A stretch of 64,000 bases of DNA from positions 8,060,001 through 8,124,000 of the forward strand of contig NC_083277.1 of NCBI RefSeq assembly GCF_963506605.1. The letters are read 5' to 3'. Below are positions 62,141-64,000 of this stretch, piece after piece (positions within the stretch are counted from its first letter, which is position 1; every line of letters begins with the position of its first letter). This DNA is from Zootoca vivipara. Lineage: Eukaryota. The notes under the pieces are model-generated. The model ran no database searches, was not told the origin of the DNA, and was given only the letters and a program-made list of their open reading frames with translations. The position numbers and the translations under genes are program-made.

Positions 62141-62687
62141 GTAAGCACCACTCTTATTATTAGGGAGGGAACAAGCACTTGAAGAATCGAGTAGGGACTG
62201 GAAAGTGATGGGGAAATCTACCCATTTCAACTTCTCCCCATTTCTCATTTTTCCATATCAGTCTGTTTATTAATTTATGATTCTGAAAATGAATCGTATG
62301 TTTGGGTAGCTACCTCCTTGTATAAATATTTTTATCTGTACTTTAACCTCAGAAATACATTTTTTGTGAATATTACCTGGCTGGGTCAACCTGGAAATTA
62401 TCAGAGGTGTGAATTTCAAAGGATTGCTCTGTTTTGGTCTCCATATTTTTTCAGCAATAGCAAATTAGGTAAGTTCACCTTTGAATGAAGCTAAATTGAG
62501 TTTATTTCCCCTTGTCGTTCATTATGTGAATAGCAGTCAAGGAGAAGCCTGAGGACTAGTGAGCTGAGAGGGTGGAAGCAAATCAGTCCAAATCCGACTT
62601 TACCATAAATATTACTAAAGAATTGTGTTTCTAAATGTGTGCTCTCCTTCATTTTTAGGAAGCTCTGGCCATTTTGAACCTTTAAAT

Positions 62688-62823
62688 CAGGCACCCCCAA
62701 ACTCAGCCCTTCAGATGTTTTGGGACTACAACTCCCATCATCCCTAGCTAACAGGACCAGTGGTCTGGGATGATGGGAACTGTGGTCCCAAAACATCTGG
62801 AGGGCCGAGTTCGGGGATGCCTG
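62688..62823. mobile_element. 136-bp hAT MITE (unit 2 only)
   Basis: TIRs, TSD CTTTAAAT, empty site near 46593. Confidence 0.9.
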
Positions 62824-62983
62824 CTTTAAATAAAACAGGGTTGCTATGGGGATGAACTCTGCACTATGTCCTCCTCCTCTTTTTCTGCTGCCTTCCTACA
62901 CCTAAATGGCCCCAGCCTAAACAGAGGGGAGTTTTATGCCCATGGATGTTCTCTGAACAACTTAGAACTCTGGTTATGCCATG

Positions 62984-63557
62984 TGTCAGGATGTTTTTGC
63001 GGCTACTCTCGAGTAAAAGCGCCCGAGTCCGTGCTGTCTTTAACAGTTTTATTGTGCATAGTATTTACAGTGCAGAGAAAGCTGAAAACATGACTGTCTA
63101 GTCCAGGCATCCCCAAACTTTGGCCCTCCAGATGTTTTGGACTACAATTCCCATAATCCCTGACTACTGGTCCTCTTAGCTAGGGATCATGGGAGTTGTA
63201 GGCCAAAACATCTGCAGGGCCGCAGTTTGGGGATGCCTGGTCTAGTCGCTCCCAGAATCTGGCAATGGACTCCGCCTGTTTCACGCCCAGCATAAGAGCT
63301 TGGGCACCCCAAAACGGCAACCCCATACCCTACGTTTGGGTGCCTTACTCAATTTGGGCGCCGGAAGGGGCTGTCTTCCTTCATCCCCTTGCTGGTCAGG
63401 CTGGGGCAGGGGCTCTCTAGCGTCACTGAGCCCTTCCTCCACCGCAGCACCAGTGACCTCAATCTCCTCTCCCGACCTGCTGCTGCTGCTGCTCTCGCTA
63501 GGCGATGTGCTTGTCAGGAGGAGGGGTGGAGGCTCCCTATACTGAAGTCCCCTGACA
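62984..63557 (-). mobile_element. Solo LTR (probably Gypsy-type) with nested hAT MITE
   Basis: TGTCAGG...CCTGACA termini, 5-bp TSD CCATG, empty site in copy 1 near 46749, AATAAA on the minus strand near 63050. Confidence 0.8.
63104..63239. mobile_element. 136-bp hAT MITE nested in the solo LTR
   Basis: Perfect TIR CAGGCATCCCCAAACT, TSD GTCTAGTC. Confidence 0.9.
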
Positions 63558-63715
63558 CCATGCTCCAACACATGCAGGGAACATCCGTGGCTAGAAAAAG
63601 AGCTCCTTGCTTTTGGCTGTAGCTCTCTGCGAAATAGAAAGCATTCTCATCATTCTCTTCCTGATGTTTTGAAGGCTGACCATCTTCCACACTCAGACCT
63701 CCTCTTTTCTTGTAG

Positions 63716-63946
63716 AAATTAACAGAAATGCAGAGGCTGAGGACTGTGGAGAATTTCAAAGAACTGCGCCGGTTCCTGGAAGAACAAGAAAAACGTCTGC
63801 TGAATCATGTGGAAGAGGTGGAGAAGGAGATTGCAGGGAGAAGGAATGAGCAGCTGGCCAAACTCTCCAGCAATCTCTCCTTTCTTGAGAGGATCATCCA
63901 GGAGATGGAGGAAAAGTGTCAGCAGCCAGCGAGTGAACTCCTGCAG
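63716..63946 (+). CDS. TRIM copy 2 exon 3 (231 nt); gene continues beyond the window
   Basis: Bounded by TTGTAG and GTAAGA. Paralogue of 47014-47244. Confidence 0.9.
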
Positions 63947-64000
63947 GTAAGACGGTGGCAGGAACAGCCCAAGCCTCCAGGAAAATGCTGCCTCCAATTC

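Noticed and set aside
1-64000. CRISPR arrays or prokaryotic defence systems
   Set aside because: The sequence is intron-containing vertebrate DNA. The periodic elements are zinc-finger codons, MITEs and microsatellites.

Overview
Vertebrate genomic DNA, almost certainly squamate and probably a lacertid-type lizard (inferred from Sauria SINEs, BovB tails, CR1/L2/Penelope fragments and hAT MITEs). The window is an immune/transposon-control-type gene cluster. It holds four SCAN-family C2H2 zinc-finger genes. ZNF-A (minus) shows only its first coding exon, which lacks the SCAN domain. ZNF-B (minus) = join(19274-18474,17241-17112,14821-12354), about 1132 aa, 23 intact fingers. ZNF-C (minus) = join(32106-31348,29811-29691,28400-26851), about 809 aa, 15 fingers. 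ZNF-D (plus) = join(36443-37135,38310-38436,39105-40111), about 608 aa, 9 fingers. A ~15.9-kb tandem duplication follows, with its breakpoint inside the last finger of ZNF-D. It produced two RING/B-box/coiled-coil TRIM paralogues (TRIM27/RFP- or TRIM39-like): copy 1 is complete with PRY-SPRY (7 coding exons, 483 aa) and copy 2 runs off the right edge. Highlights: (i) the paralogues show a graded series from a full Gypsy-Gag capsid-like extended SCAN to complete SCAN loss; (ii) the twin TRIM promoters differ in candidate interferon elements (ISRE/IRF in copy 1, tandem GAS plus Ets-IRF in copy 2); (iii) amino-acid changes are in excess between the TRIM copies; (iv) ZNF-B has a higher-order 4-finger repeat; (v) a non-autonomous Helitron, solo LTRs and a MITE family carrying ZNF143/THAP11-type motifs are present. 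All exon structures were deduced by hand from splice signals and phase continuity; no database searches were run.
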